This document shows, in pieces, positions 56,211 through 64,000 of a stretch of 64,000 nucleotides of DNA. The first letter of the stretch is position 1; the number at the start of each line of letters is the position of its first letter. The translations under genes were made by a program, and so were the position numbers. The notes beneath the pieces are model-generated. The model made no database searches, had not been told where the DNA came from, and was given only the letters and a program-made list of their open reading frames with translations. The stretch is from sequence record NC_070882.1; one strand, 5' to 3'.

Positions 56211-57210
56211 GGACGATCCCGTACTGGAGTGTCCTCTTGACACATCGTACATGGACAGATGGCAGACATCTGTTTTCCAAAACATTTTCTTCGGCCAAGG
56301 TCTCGTCGATAAACGTGTACGTTACTTAAACCAATCGACGCATGAAATAAGTATTATCGATGGAACAGGTATTGTCCTGGATCTACCGGGTACTAACCGT
56401 ATTGAAAATAGACTTGTTATTTGTATCAACTTTACATGGGGTGGCGATGTAGAACTTAATATCGGAGCGATGATTAAACATTGGCCTAATCTCACTCAAG
56501 AATATCTGGAACAACTGGTAGGTTCTGTTAAGAACAAAGGAACCAACACGCCATGTGAACTGGATTTCTATTTCATTGTTGACCTTGACCACATCGATAC
56601 CGATCCTTATGGGCTTTGGATCGAAGCGCTCAACGTTCAAGTAGTTTCCACAGATCGAGCGAAGAAGACTACATTCTTCCCGCGCGATTGTTTCTTCTCG
56701 AAGAACGATGAACTCTACCGTCAGGAAGATATCATCTGGACTACTACTACAACTGTTGCTTATTTCGTAGACGATGAGCGTATAACCGAAAGTGTATTTA
56801 TGCCATTCGGCAGCGATCTACTTGAGGTAAAGCCTGTCTTCATGCCAGATATGCCTGTTGGTATTCATATTAACCTAAGGGGTAATGTGACATTTGCAGC
56901 ACGACGGGATAATGCGAAAGCGATTGTTATCAAACCTGGAGACTTTAAGAAGTATGGCATCTATTCCAGTTTACGTGAATGGAGAGAAGCTGTAAAGGAA
57001 AGTACAAAAGGAATGTCAAAGGAAGATGCTCAGAGACGTATGGATTGTTTTGATATGTTCCATCGACATCTATACGACGAAGAACTCGAACCTTTGGCTG
57101 TGAGAGATATCATCCTGTTTAGGGATATATCAGTTGGAACTGTCGTGGACTTCTTAGCTGAAGTAGCCAAGGCAGATGCATTGCTCGAAAAGATATTCCG
57201 AAAGCGATAG
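56173..57210 (+). CDS. Conserved hypothetical protein (gp122-like)
   Basis: 345 aa immediately upstream of the nvRNAP gene. Confidence 0.75.
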   Translation: MVKINRSRAGHIEDDPVLECPLDTSYMDRWQTSVFQNIFFGQGLVDKRVRYLNQSTHEISIIDGTGIVLDLPGTNRIENRLVICINFTWGGDVELNIGAMIKHWPNLTQEYLEQLVGSVKNKGTNTPCELDFYFIVDLDHIDTDPYGLWIEALNVQVVSTDRAKKTTFFPRDCFFSKNDELYRQEDIIWTTTTTVAYFVDDERITESVFMPFGSDLLEVKPVFMPDMPVGIHINLRGNVTFAARRDNAKAIVIKPGDFKKYGIYSSLREWREAVKESTKGMSKEDAQRRMDCFDMFHRHLYDEELEPLAVRDIILFRDISVGTVVDFLAEVAKADALLEKIFRKR

Positions 57211-57218
57211 GAGGGGTG

Positions 57219-58844
57219 ATGGACCCGTACGTAATCAGTAGGATTGATGGTGTCATACCCAAGCTAAATAAAGATTTAGCCAATGGGCTTGCAGTAAAGC
57301 ACATGATGGAGATCAACCCAGAAACAGGCATGAACGCAACTCGTGCATATGTTGATAAGTTGTTTGAAATCAACTCGGCGCTATTCCCTGCTGACTTCAA
57401 GTATCATGGAAACCGTCTGTGTAAACCCGAAGTTCATTTCGAAGAGATAACCCGTGAGTATGGCTCTAAGCGTGTAGCAAATATCGCCGAGAGTAATACG
57501 TACATGATCGAGCTGATCACTAGCTATAAAGGCGAAATGATGTTCCCACGAAGGGTACTATTGCCATATGTTCGTGATGGTGGTATCTGTACGCTCAATG
57601 GTGCAACCTATTCGATCTCTCCGGTGTTGACTGATGTTGGCTTCTCGGTATTGAATGGCAGTATCTTCATTCCATTCCGGCGTGCCAAACTGACGTTTAA
57701 GCAAGTTGACCACCACTACATGTGTAATGGTCAGCGTGAAGTGATGTATGTGATCTGGTCTCAGATTCACAACGAAATGTCTAAGCGCACTAAACGTGAT
57801 CTGGATAACCGGCAGCACATCGAGTCGTGTCTTGCACATTACTTCTTCTGTGAGTTTGGTGTCGTTGAAACGTTCAAGCGTTGGGCTGGAGTAGATATTC
57901 AAATTGGATATCTGAAAGACTTTCCTGAGTCCCAGTATCCGCGTGATCAATGGAACGTTTATGAATCTGCGGTTCTGAAACGTCGTCATCCAACTGGAGA
58001 TATGGTTCTGGTTCTACCCAAAGACAAGGAGACAGACTTTGTCCGTCGACTCGTTGCAGGGTTCTGGTACGTCGTAGATGCATTCCCAAGCCGGTTCTAC
58101 GAGCCGAGCTACATGGATAATAAACAGCTATGGCGAATCATTCTCGGTCTGATGATCTTTGGTGACTTCGAGCACCAAGGTAAAATTGCTGAGAACATTG
58201 AATCTCACCTGGATAGCTTCAACAACTCTCTGGATGAGATGACTATTGAAGAACTTCGTTCAGTTGGAGTGAAAGTCAATACCATCTGGGAACTGCTATA
58301 TGCGATCATGACAGATATGGCACACCATCTGTATGCCACTGACATTGATGAAACTAGTATGTACGACAAACGCCTGAGTATTCTTAGGTATGTGATGGCA
58401 GAGTTTAACTATGCTGTCTCCATGTTTGCGTATACGTTCCAAGGTCGTAAAGATAAAGAGTGGACTGGACAGGAAATCAACGATGCCCTGAAACGTTCAT
58501 TCAAACTCAATACGTGCATTAAGAAACTTACCAGTGAACACGGTGAGCTCGACACACTGTCGTCTCCTGGTGATAGCAAGGTTATTAAAGTAACCTCGAT
58601 CCTTGTACCGCAGGATCGCGCGAAGACTTCTAAAGCACACAACAAATCACTAATCGGTGATAGCTCTCGTTTAATCCACGCTTCGATCGCGGAGGTGGGC
58701 CAATACAAAAACCAACCGAAAAACAACCCGGATGGTCGTGGCCGACTAAACCTCTTCGTCGGAGTTAGATACGACGGATTGGTTGAACGACGTGAAGAAG
58801 ATCGTGAACTTATTGACAAAGCTCAACAACGTTTTGTCTCTTAA
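57219..58844 (+). CDS. rpoB: Non-virion RNA polymerase beta subunit N-terminal part (phiKZ gp123-like)
   Basis: LPYVRDGG...LNG..Y.I resembles RpoB IP.MT..GTF.ING.ERV; SD GGAGG; synteny. Confidence 0.85.
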   Translation: MDPYVISRIDGVIPKLNKDLANGLAVKHMMEINPETGMNATRAYVDKLFEINSALFPADFKYHGNRLCKPEVHFEEITREYGSKRVANIAESNTYMIELITSYKGEMMFPRRVLLPYVRDGGICTLNGATYSISPVLTDVGFSVLNGSIFIPFRRAKLTFKQVDHHYMCNGQREVMYVIWSQIHNEMSKRTKRDLDNRQHIESCLAHYFFCEFGVVETFKRWAGVDIQIGYLKDFPESQYPRDQWNVYESAVLKRRHPTGDMVLVLPKDKETDFVRRLVAGFWYVVDAFPSRFYEPSYMDNKQLWRIILGLMIFGDFEHQGKIAENIESHLDSFNNSLDEMTIEELRSVGVKVNTIWELLYAIMTDMAHHLYATDIDETSMYDKRLSILRYVMAEFNYAVSMFAYTFQGRKDKEWTGQEINDALKRSFKLNTCIKKLTSEHGELDTLSSPGDSKVIKVTSILVPQDRAKTSKAHNKSLIGDSSRLIHASIAEVGQYKNQPKNNPDGRGRLNLFVGVRYDGLVERREEDRELIDKAQQRFVS

Positions 58845-58867
58845 ACTTCTCAAATAGGAAAAGTCAG

Positions 58868-60931
58868 ATGTACAACCAACAAGCTCAACTCCCGGTATCC
58901 TGCCAACAAGTCGATCAGAGTACCTTTAATGGTAATCTGCCTCATGGCAATGACCGGGTACCTCAACTCCAACTCAGCCAGAACCTGATGAATAACCAAC
59001 AGCTGGTGCTCATGGCTATTGGTCTGTTCCGTGGGCTTGCGCAATCGTCGGTTGGAAAAAGCAACCTTCATATTTTCGCGTACAACCTGCTGTCGTCGAA
59101 CTGGTTCCAAAACCAGATCTTCCAACAATGGTGTCAGCACCTGGTGGATTTCGTTGAGTTCCTGTGTGTCTGCAAGAACTACAGTCAGACGGATGCTCCG
59201 CCGAAAGCTGCACAGCGTATGTATGAAGCGTTCCTTGGTCAATGCGTTGCATCGTATCCTGCTCTCGTGCAAATGGGTGCAGTTCCGCAACATATGTTCC
59301 AAGGTCTGCAAACTGCTCAAGCCATGTATCAGCAGATCCTCCAAGAGATTCAAGCGTACAAATCTGGTAACTATCGTCCCCAACAACAGCAAATGGGAAT
59401 GATGGGTCAACCGCAAGGTATCCAGATGGCAGGTAATTTGCCTCCCATTAACCCAGGTAACATGGGACAGTTCGCAACAACCACCCAAGCTACTTTCTCT
59501 CAACCCGCTGGTACTTATGGCGCAGCGCCAAACACGGTATCGAGCACCACCAGTTCGTATTACGATGATACTCCGGCTGCATCTGCTCCCCTGATGCCGA
59601 AGGAAGAGATCAGTACTGATATTTACGGTGGCTACTCCCATCAACAGGAGCAACAACCGATGTACAGTCAACAACCGCAAGTGCAAAATACACCCGTTGT
59701 GGAAGATACTGATCTCCCTGTTCCGATCGACGTATCTCAGGTGATGATCGATCCGATGTATTACCAACCTACTGGTTTCCGTGTAAACATCGCTCGTCCT
59801 TACGATGAGATTCATAACCCTGGGGGAATTCTGATTAAACCGGCACAACTGGTTGATTGGGAACGGACCGTTGGTGATGAAGATCCGTACAGTCCTCTGG
59901 TTGATCCGGAACACTATTGCCGTTTCTTCGTCAAGTTCCCCGATGGTGTAGTAAAAGAGAAATTCATTGAATGGAACCCGCAAATGGAATACCTGAAACA
60001 CGAACTGAATGATGACCTGCGTCGTCGTGAATATCGTCCTAACGGTGTGGTATATGCTTCCACCACTCCCATCTCTACTATCGGTGGAGATGCAATGGGT
60101 ATTGAAGAAGTAGAAAGCCTCGTCAAGGATAATGAACTCGGTGAAGCGGCGGCAATGCGTCCGATCATTCTTGATAATAAGATGTTCATGGGTGCTAACG
60201 ATCTCGAAAACGAATCTGAAGCACGTGCTGCTGTTCGGGAACTCCTGAACATTGGTGACGACGAAGAATCGCAGTCGATCACTCTGCCTGCACACGAATA
60301 TAAATCGATGAGCATCTATCACATGGATGTTAGCGATGAAACCTTCGAGCAGCTGAGTAATCTGCGTAACTATACCGATCTGATCGGGATTGCTACCGAA
60401 CTGAAAGAAATGGTAAATCGCGGTCAACTGAGCATCCGTTATTTCCGTTTCCTGAACGATCGTCTGACGGATTCCATCAATGACTTCATGGCAGATAGCC
60501 TGTCGATCCAAAATATCACCATCAGTGATTTCGCACATGACATCGGTGATCTGCTGGATTACATCAGCAACAAGAAAGGTACGCAAGTACTGCAAATCAT
60601 CAAAGCTTGCGCAGCTCAAATTATCGCTCGTTCGGTAACGATGGCTGAGGTTGATGATATCCGTGGTGTTGCTGACCAGTATGTCAACTTCCAGGTAGGT
60701 TGGACTCTGGAACAGATGGCTACTCTGAACGTTCTGACTGAGAAAGCTGTTCTTGTTTCCGAGGGAACCCATCCGACTGTCCGTGAAGTACTGAAAGGTA
60801 TGATCACTCGCGCAACCGCATCTGGCCTTGCCAATGTTCGTATGCGTCTGATCACCGTTGATGGTGTGTACATGGAAGTTATTCGTGGTCGTCTGACCGA
60901 GAAAGCTGTCCTGCTGAAACGTCTGAAGTAA
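58868..60931 (+). CDS. Conserved large protein with Q/M/G/P-rich disordered region (gp124 position)
   Basis: 687 aa; strong codon bias. Confidence 0.75.
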   Translation: MYNQQAQLPVSCQQVDQSTFNGNLPHGNDRVPQLQLSQNLMNNQQLVLMAIGLFRGLAQSSVGKSNLHIFAYNLLSSNWFQNQIFQQWCQHLVDFVEFLCVCKNYSQTDAPPKAAQRMYEAFLGQCVASYPALVQMGAVPQHMFQGLQTAQAMYQQILQEIQAYKSGNYRPQQQQMGMMGQPQGIQMAGNLPPINPGNMGQFATTTQATFSQPAGTYGAAPNTVSSTTSSYYDDTPAASAPLMPKEEISTDIYGGYSHQQEQQPMYSQQPQVQNTPVVEDTDLPVPIDVSQVMIDPMYYQPTGFRVNIARPYDEIHNPGGILIKPAQLVDWERTVGDEDPYSPLVDPEHYCRFFVKFPDGVVKEKFIEWNPQMEYLKHELNDDLRRREYRPNGVVYASTTPISTIGGDAMGIEEVESLVKDNELGEAAAMRPIILDNKMFMGANDLENESEARAAVRELLNIGDDEESQSITLPAHEYKSMSIYHMDVSDETFEQLSNLRNYTDLIGIATELKEMVNRGQLSIRYFRFLNDRLTDSINDFMADSLSIQNITISDFAHDIGDLLDYISNKKGTQVLQIIKACAAQIIARSVTMAEVDDIRGVADQYVNFQVGWTLEQMATLNVLTEKAVLVSEGTHPTVREVLKGMITRATASGLANVRMRLITVDGVYMEVIRGRLTEKAVLLKRLK

Positions 60932-60938
60932 ACATAAA

Positions 60939-60958
60939 GGCCCCTCTTCGGAGGGGCT
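60939..60958 (+). terminator. Terminator hairpin
   Basis: GCCCCTC-TTCG-GAGGGGC. Confidence 0.85.
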
Positions 60959-60976
60959 TCTTTAGAGGAGTAGGAC

Positions 60977-61387
60977 ATGCTGTCATTTGACAATGGAGTA
61001 GGTACAGAGTTCATAGCTTTGAATCGACTTCCTGAATACATGCGTACAGATTACGAAAGTTCCAAGTTCAGTAACGCTGTACGTGACGGTACTATTGCTT
61101 GTGAGTATGGACATCCAAAACTGACAGGCAACGCTGAAACAGATTACAAACGAGCCACGTCTATTAATTGCAATAACGGCGCTGCTTTAGTAATCGGTAT
61201 CGATCCAGTACACGAAAAGGCTAAACTCATCGGCTTCAATGTGTATATCCGTCCATTCGGTCCGTTCCATGATCGGATACACGCGATGATCAAAAAAGGT
61301 ATCCCAATGCGTCTGGGTGTCCGTGGTCTTAAGAACGCAGATGGTATCTTGAAAGAAATCATCACGTTCGATATTTTGTCCGATTGA
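60977..61387 (+). CDS. Prohead protease (T4 gp21/phiKZ gp175) fold paralog, predicted catalytically dead
   Basis: CEYGHP, AALVI, PFGP, IP..LGVRGL and TFD align with gp21 GELNHP, AAIII, HGP, IPGVSSRGL and VD. Confidence 0.6.
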   Translation: MLSFDNGVGTEFIALNRLPEYMRTDYESSKFSNAVRDGTIACEYGHPKLTGNAETDYKRATSINCNNGAALVIGIDPVHEKAKLIGFNVYIRPFGPFHDRIHAMIKKGIPMRLGVRGLKNADGILKEIITFDILSD

Positions 61388-61393
61388 TAATTA

Positions 61394-61411
61394 GCCCCTC
61401 ATTAGAGGGGC
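61394..61411 (+). terminator. Terminator hairpin
   Basis: GCCCCTC-ATTA-GAGGGGC-TTTATG. Confidence 0.75.
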
Positions 61412-61436
61412 TTTATGTCCCTCTAGGAGTAATGTA

Positions 61437-61976
61437 ATGAAATTCGAAAAACTTCCGAATGCTAAGTTCCGTGTAACTATCTCTTTCGAAGAGATGCGCC
61501 AACGTATGGCAGAAGGTCTTCGTCGTGATCTAGCACTTCTGGGTAAAGAACGGGTTGAGGCTATTGTAGAACATGCTCGAACGTTGAGTCAGTTGTATCT
61601 CTGGGAAAACTCGTCTTTCGTTAAGAAGAATGAACTCCTGATGTCCGGTATGGAACTTGGTCACCCCAATGTAATCGTATCTTCGCCAGAGAATATGATT
61701 CTACGTGGCATGGTTATAGATGCTAACCGTGTGTGCGCCACTATCGATAACTGGCATATCCGTCAAGGTAACAGTATCGATACTTCACATGCATTGATCT
61801 TGGACATTACCTCCGCTGGTCCTCTGGCACGTGATATGAATGCCCTTTACGATCTCCTACCCTTGGCAGTGGGTTTCCGTTATCAGTTGAATGAACGTGA
61901 GCAAGTAGCTGATATCGTGGGTGTAGATATTCTCTATAAAGACGATTTCGATAACCCTGTATTTAAAGATAAATAA
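61437..61976 (+). CDS. Hypothetical protein
   Basis: 179 aa, SD AGGAG. Confidence 0.75.
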   Translation: MKFEKLPNAKFRVTISFEEMRQRMAEGLRRDLALLGKERVEAIVEHARTLSQLYLWENSSFVKKNELLMSGMELGHPNVIVSSPENMILRGMVIDANRVCATIDNWHIRQGNSIDTSHALILDITSAGPLARDMNALYDLLPLAVGFRYQLNEREQVADIVGVDILYKDDFDNPVFKDK

Positions 61977-61980
61977 AGCC

Positions 61981-62000
61981 TATATCACAGAGGTGATATA
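61981..62000 (+). promoter_or_regulatory. Variant early promoter inside a palindrome
   Basis: TATATCAC-agag-GTGATATA. Confidence 0.55.
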
Positions 62001-62029
62001 AATACACCCTATCAAAAGGAAATTGCAAA

Positions 62030-62734
62030 ATGAACCAAGTCATCAACGCTGTAAAATCTATGTTCATTCCGTCCCATCGCGAAGTGTTCGGCAATGCAAT
62101 TCGTGATGTAGAACATGATGTTGATTTCTTTGAAACAATAATGGATACCTGTAGTTATAATCCAACCGAGCTCCCTAAAGCCAAAGGAGAAAGTATGTCT
62201 ATTGATGTCCTTACTGTTGATGATCTTCCTTTGCGGGGTGATCCGGAAGTAACTTACAAAGTGACCTCCACTTTGGATTTGTATCGCTGGGTTAATGGGG
62301 AGTATGTAGTATATAACCCCTATCTCGATCCGGTGGTCCAAAGCTCCGGTGAAAAATCGGTGATCGTTGATCCAACTGCAACTCTACCGCACCTGACCGA
62401 AGAACATCTCCGTAAAGGAGGTGATATCCGATTGGCTATGGTCTATAATGTCAGAGCCCTTCGTGAAGATCTTCGTCGCATGGAGCTCCTGAACATTTCC
62501 ATGGAATCACTGTTGCCTCGCAACCTCCGTGTCAAAGACCTCGATGTTCCGGGTATGTTCCTCTCCACCAATCACACCATTCTGACTCGTCAACTGAAGT
62601 CCATTATGCGTGGTAAAGGTAACTATGACAAATACGTCGTAGAGGGTCTTGCACGTATGGGTGTTGATGTTTGGTATGATGAAGCTAAACGTAAAGTTGG
62701 CTTTAAAGATGGCACTTTTGTGGCGATGGTGTAA
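62030..62734 (+). CDS. Hypothetical protein with fibre-type DLP..G...Y.V....Y.W.NG.Y mini-domain
   Basis: 234 aa, SD AAGGA. Confidence 0.75.
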   Translation: MNQVINAVKSMFIPSHREVFGNAIRDVEHDVDFFETIMDTCSYNPTELPKAKGESMSIDVLTVDDLPLRGDPEVTYKVTSTLDLYRWVNGEYVVYNPYLDPVVQSSGEKSVIVDPTATLPHLTEEHLRKGGDIRLAMVYNVRALREDLRRMELLNISMESLLPRNLRVKDLDVPGMFLSTNHTILTRQLKSIMRGKGNYDKYVVEGLARMGVDVWYDEAKRKVGFKDGTFVAMV

Positions 62735-63007
62735 ATGTCTGTCTTCGGTTATGTATTGACGTGGACTCAGGAATTTCACATGTGGTTCCTGATAGCTGTT
62801 CTCGCTGCTTTCTTTGCTCTTTATCTAAATCATCGGTTTAGGTATCTCATCTACGTGCCATTTGAAAAGATTGGCAAACGTGATTTCATTAAGATGTCCC
62901 TTACTTCAATTACAATGCTGTTGTGTATTGTCGTTGTATTTGGGGCTACTCTACGAATGATCGAGATGAAAGAGATCGATAGAGTATGGTCGATTGAACA
63001 GCGATGA
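62735..63007 (+). CDS. Small 2-TM membrane protein
   Basis: 90 aa, two hydrophobic helices. Confidence 0.75.
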   Translation: MSVFGYVLTWTQEFHMWFLIAVLAAFFALYLNHRFRYLIYVPFEKIGKRDFIKMSLTSITMLLCIVVVFGATLRMIEMKEIDRVWSIEQR

Positions 63008-63020
63008 GTAACAACATAAA

Positions 63021-63062
63021 GCCCTCTCCTTCGGGAGAGGGCGATATGCTTTATTTTTTTTT
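63021..63062. terminator. Bidirectional terminator
   Basis: GCCCTCTCC-TTCG-GGAGAGGGC plus T-run between convergent genes. Confidence 0.9.
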
Positions 63063-63489
63063 ATTTCTCGAAACTTAATTCAACTTGTGAAGTTGGAATG
63101 TAGGCTAGAGAACGAGTAGTGGGTTTTAAAATAACCGTATTACCAGTTAGAGGACCATCTAGGAATTCATCAGTATCGACGGGTACAGTCACTTTATCAC
63201 GGAGTACTTTAATAACATCATGGATAGTTGAATAATCAATTCTCTTCCCTGGAATAACAACCCCATTGAGAGCTTCTTCAATTCGATATCGATTAAAGAA
63301 TATTTGTTTCTGTCCTTTAAAATACTTGCTTGTCCCAACAGCCTGAATAGTAGCTCTTGAGTTATTACCGTTCTGCAACCATATTTCAATACCAGTCCAA
63401 ATAACATCCTCAGGACGAATAGCTGGATCCAACTTGTTCTGAATACTAAACTGTTGGAGTAGTTTAGATTTCATGTTTTTAACGTGCAT
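63061..63489 (-). CDS. Virion structural protein (phiKZ gp126/127-type small structural family)
   Basis: NSRATIQA....YFKGQ....FNRY.I motif; SD AAGGAG. Confidence 0.6.
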   Translation of the reverse strand: MHVKNMKSKLLQQFSIQNKLDPAIRPEDVIWTGIEIWLQNGNNSRATIQAVGTSKYFKGQKQIFFNRYRIEEALNGVVIPGKRIDYSTIHDVIKVLRDKVTVPVDTDEFLDGPLTGNTVILKPTTRSLAYIPTSQVELSFEK

Positions 63490-63498
63490 CTCTACTCC

Positions 63499-64000
63499 TT
63501 AGTTATAATGAATTCTAATTTCGCCAACGACATCCTGACATAAAGTTTTATGTAACTCGATAACAAGTACATTTTGTATATCAGTACGCCCACTAAATCG
63601 AGGTAGTACAATGCCATTATAAATGATCCTGTACTTTAGAACCCCTATTTCTTCAGTATAAGCGATGTTGTGAGAAGCTGGTGTCTTTGATGCTGTCCAA
63701 GGTTTATTCGTCACCTCGGCGAGAATAGCGGCCATCTTCTTAGGATCCGGATGGGTACCAGCCTTTGTTAGATGACGAAGATACTCTCTATGTTCACTAA
63801 AGTCATATCCAGTGATGTAATAAGTACCATTGATCAGTGAAAGATCATTAGCTTTAACATTGTCAGGTTTACCTACGTCAGGGAATTCAACTTTACTGAA
63901 AGTAGATAATTCCTTTCGTAGTGTATTAATCAAACGAACCCGAAGAAAACCTACAAAACGAAGAGACTTTTTATTCGCATGGAGAATGAATTCTTGGTTG
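63499..64000 (-). CDS. Virion structural protein, 5'-truncated by window end
   Basis: Frame stays open from 63933 to the window edge (..FILHANKKSLRFVGFLRVRL..). Confidence 0.6.
   Translation of the reverse strand, partial: NQEFILHANKKSLRFVGFLRVRLINTLRKELSTFSKVEFPDVGKPDNVKANDLSLINGTYYITGYDFSEHREYLRHLTKAGTHPDPKKMAAILAEVTNKPWTASKTPASHNIAYTEEIGVLKYRIIYNGIVLPRFSGRTDIQNVLVIELHKTLCQDVVGEIRIHYN

Noticed and set aside
58850-60772. 640-aa antisense ORF
   Set aside because: Mirrors the codon-biased 687-aa gene; composition is not protein-like
1-64000. CRISPR array, group I intron, intein, homing endonuclease, transposase
   Set aside because: No regularly spaced repeats, interrupted core genes, intein termini, or HNH/GIY-YIG/LAGLIDADG/DDE motifs seen by eye; HMM searches not run

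Overview
This window is a gene-dense segment of a phiKZ-like, nucleus-forming jumbo phage genome (Chimalliviridae-like, probably infecting Pseudomonas). Gene order resembles the phiKZ gp76-gp127 region. All phiKZ gene-number equivalences are from recalled synteny and motifs, not from a database search. Core genes: a virion RNA polymerase beta' fragment, the exonuclease/motif-A half of a split family-B DNA polymerase, baseplate/head/inner-body structural genes, a DnaB-like helicase, the major capsid protein, and a non-virion RNAP beta fragment. An early accessory region (about 38.4-50.5 kb) carries many small genes behind TATATTAC promoters. The strongest new observation is a 27-codon in-frame extension after the capsid UGA stop that encodes an 8-residue repeat (RKLENGTT-RYLEDGVA-RRLE), suggesting programmed readthrough. 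Other leads: an array of 11 small N-terminally membrane-anchored early proteins; three putative counter-defence genes (Acb4-like sponge, NADAR-like protein coupled to the DNA polymerase gene, DarG-like macrodomain); a candidate -1 frameshift in a tail-chaperone-like gene pair; and a prohead-protease paralog lacking the catalytic Ser. No tRNA, rRNA, CRISPR array, intron or transposase was recognised.
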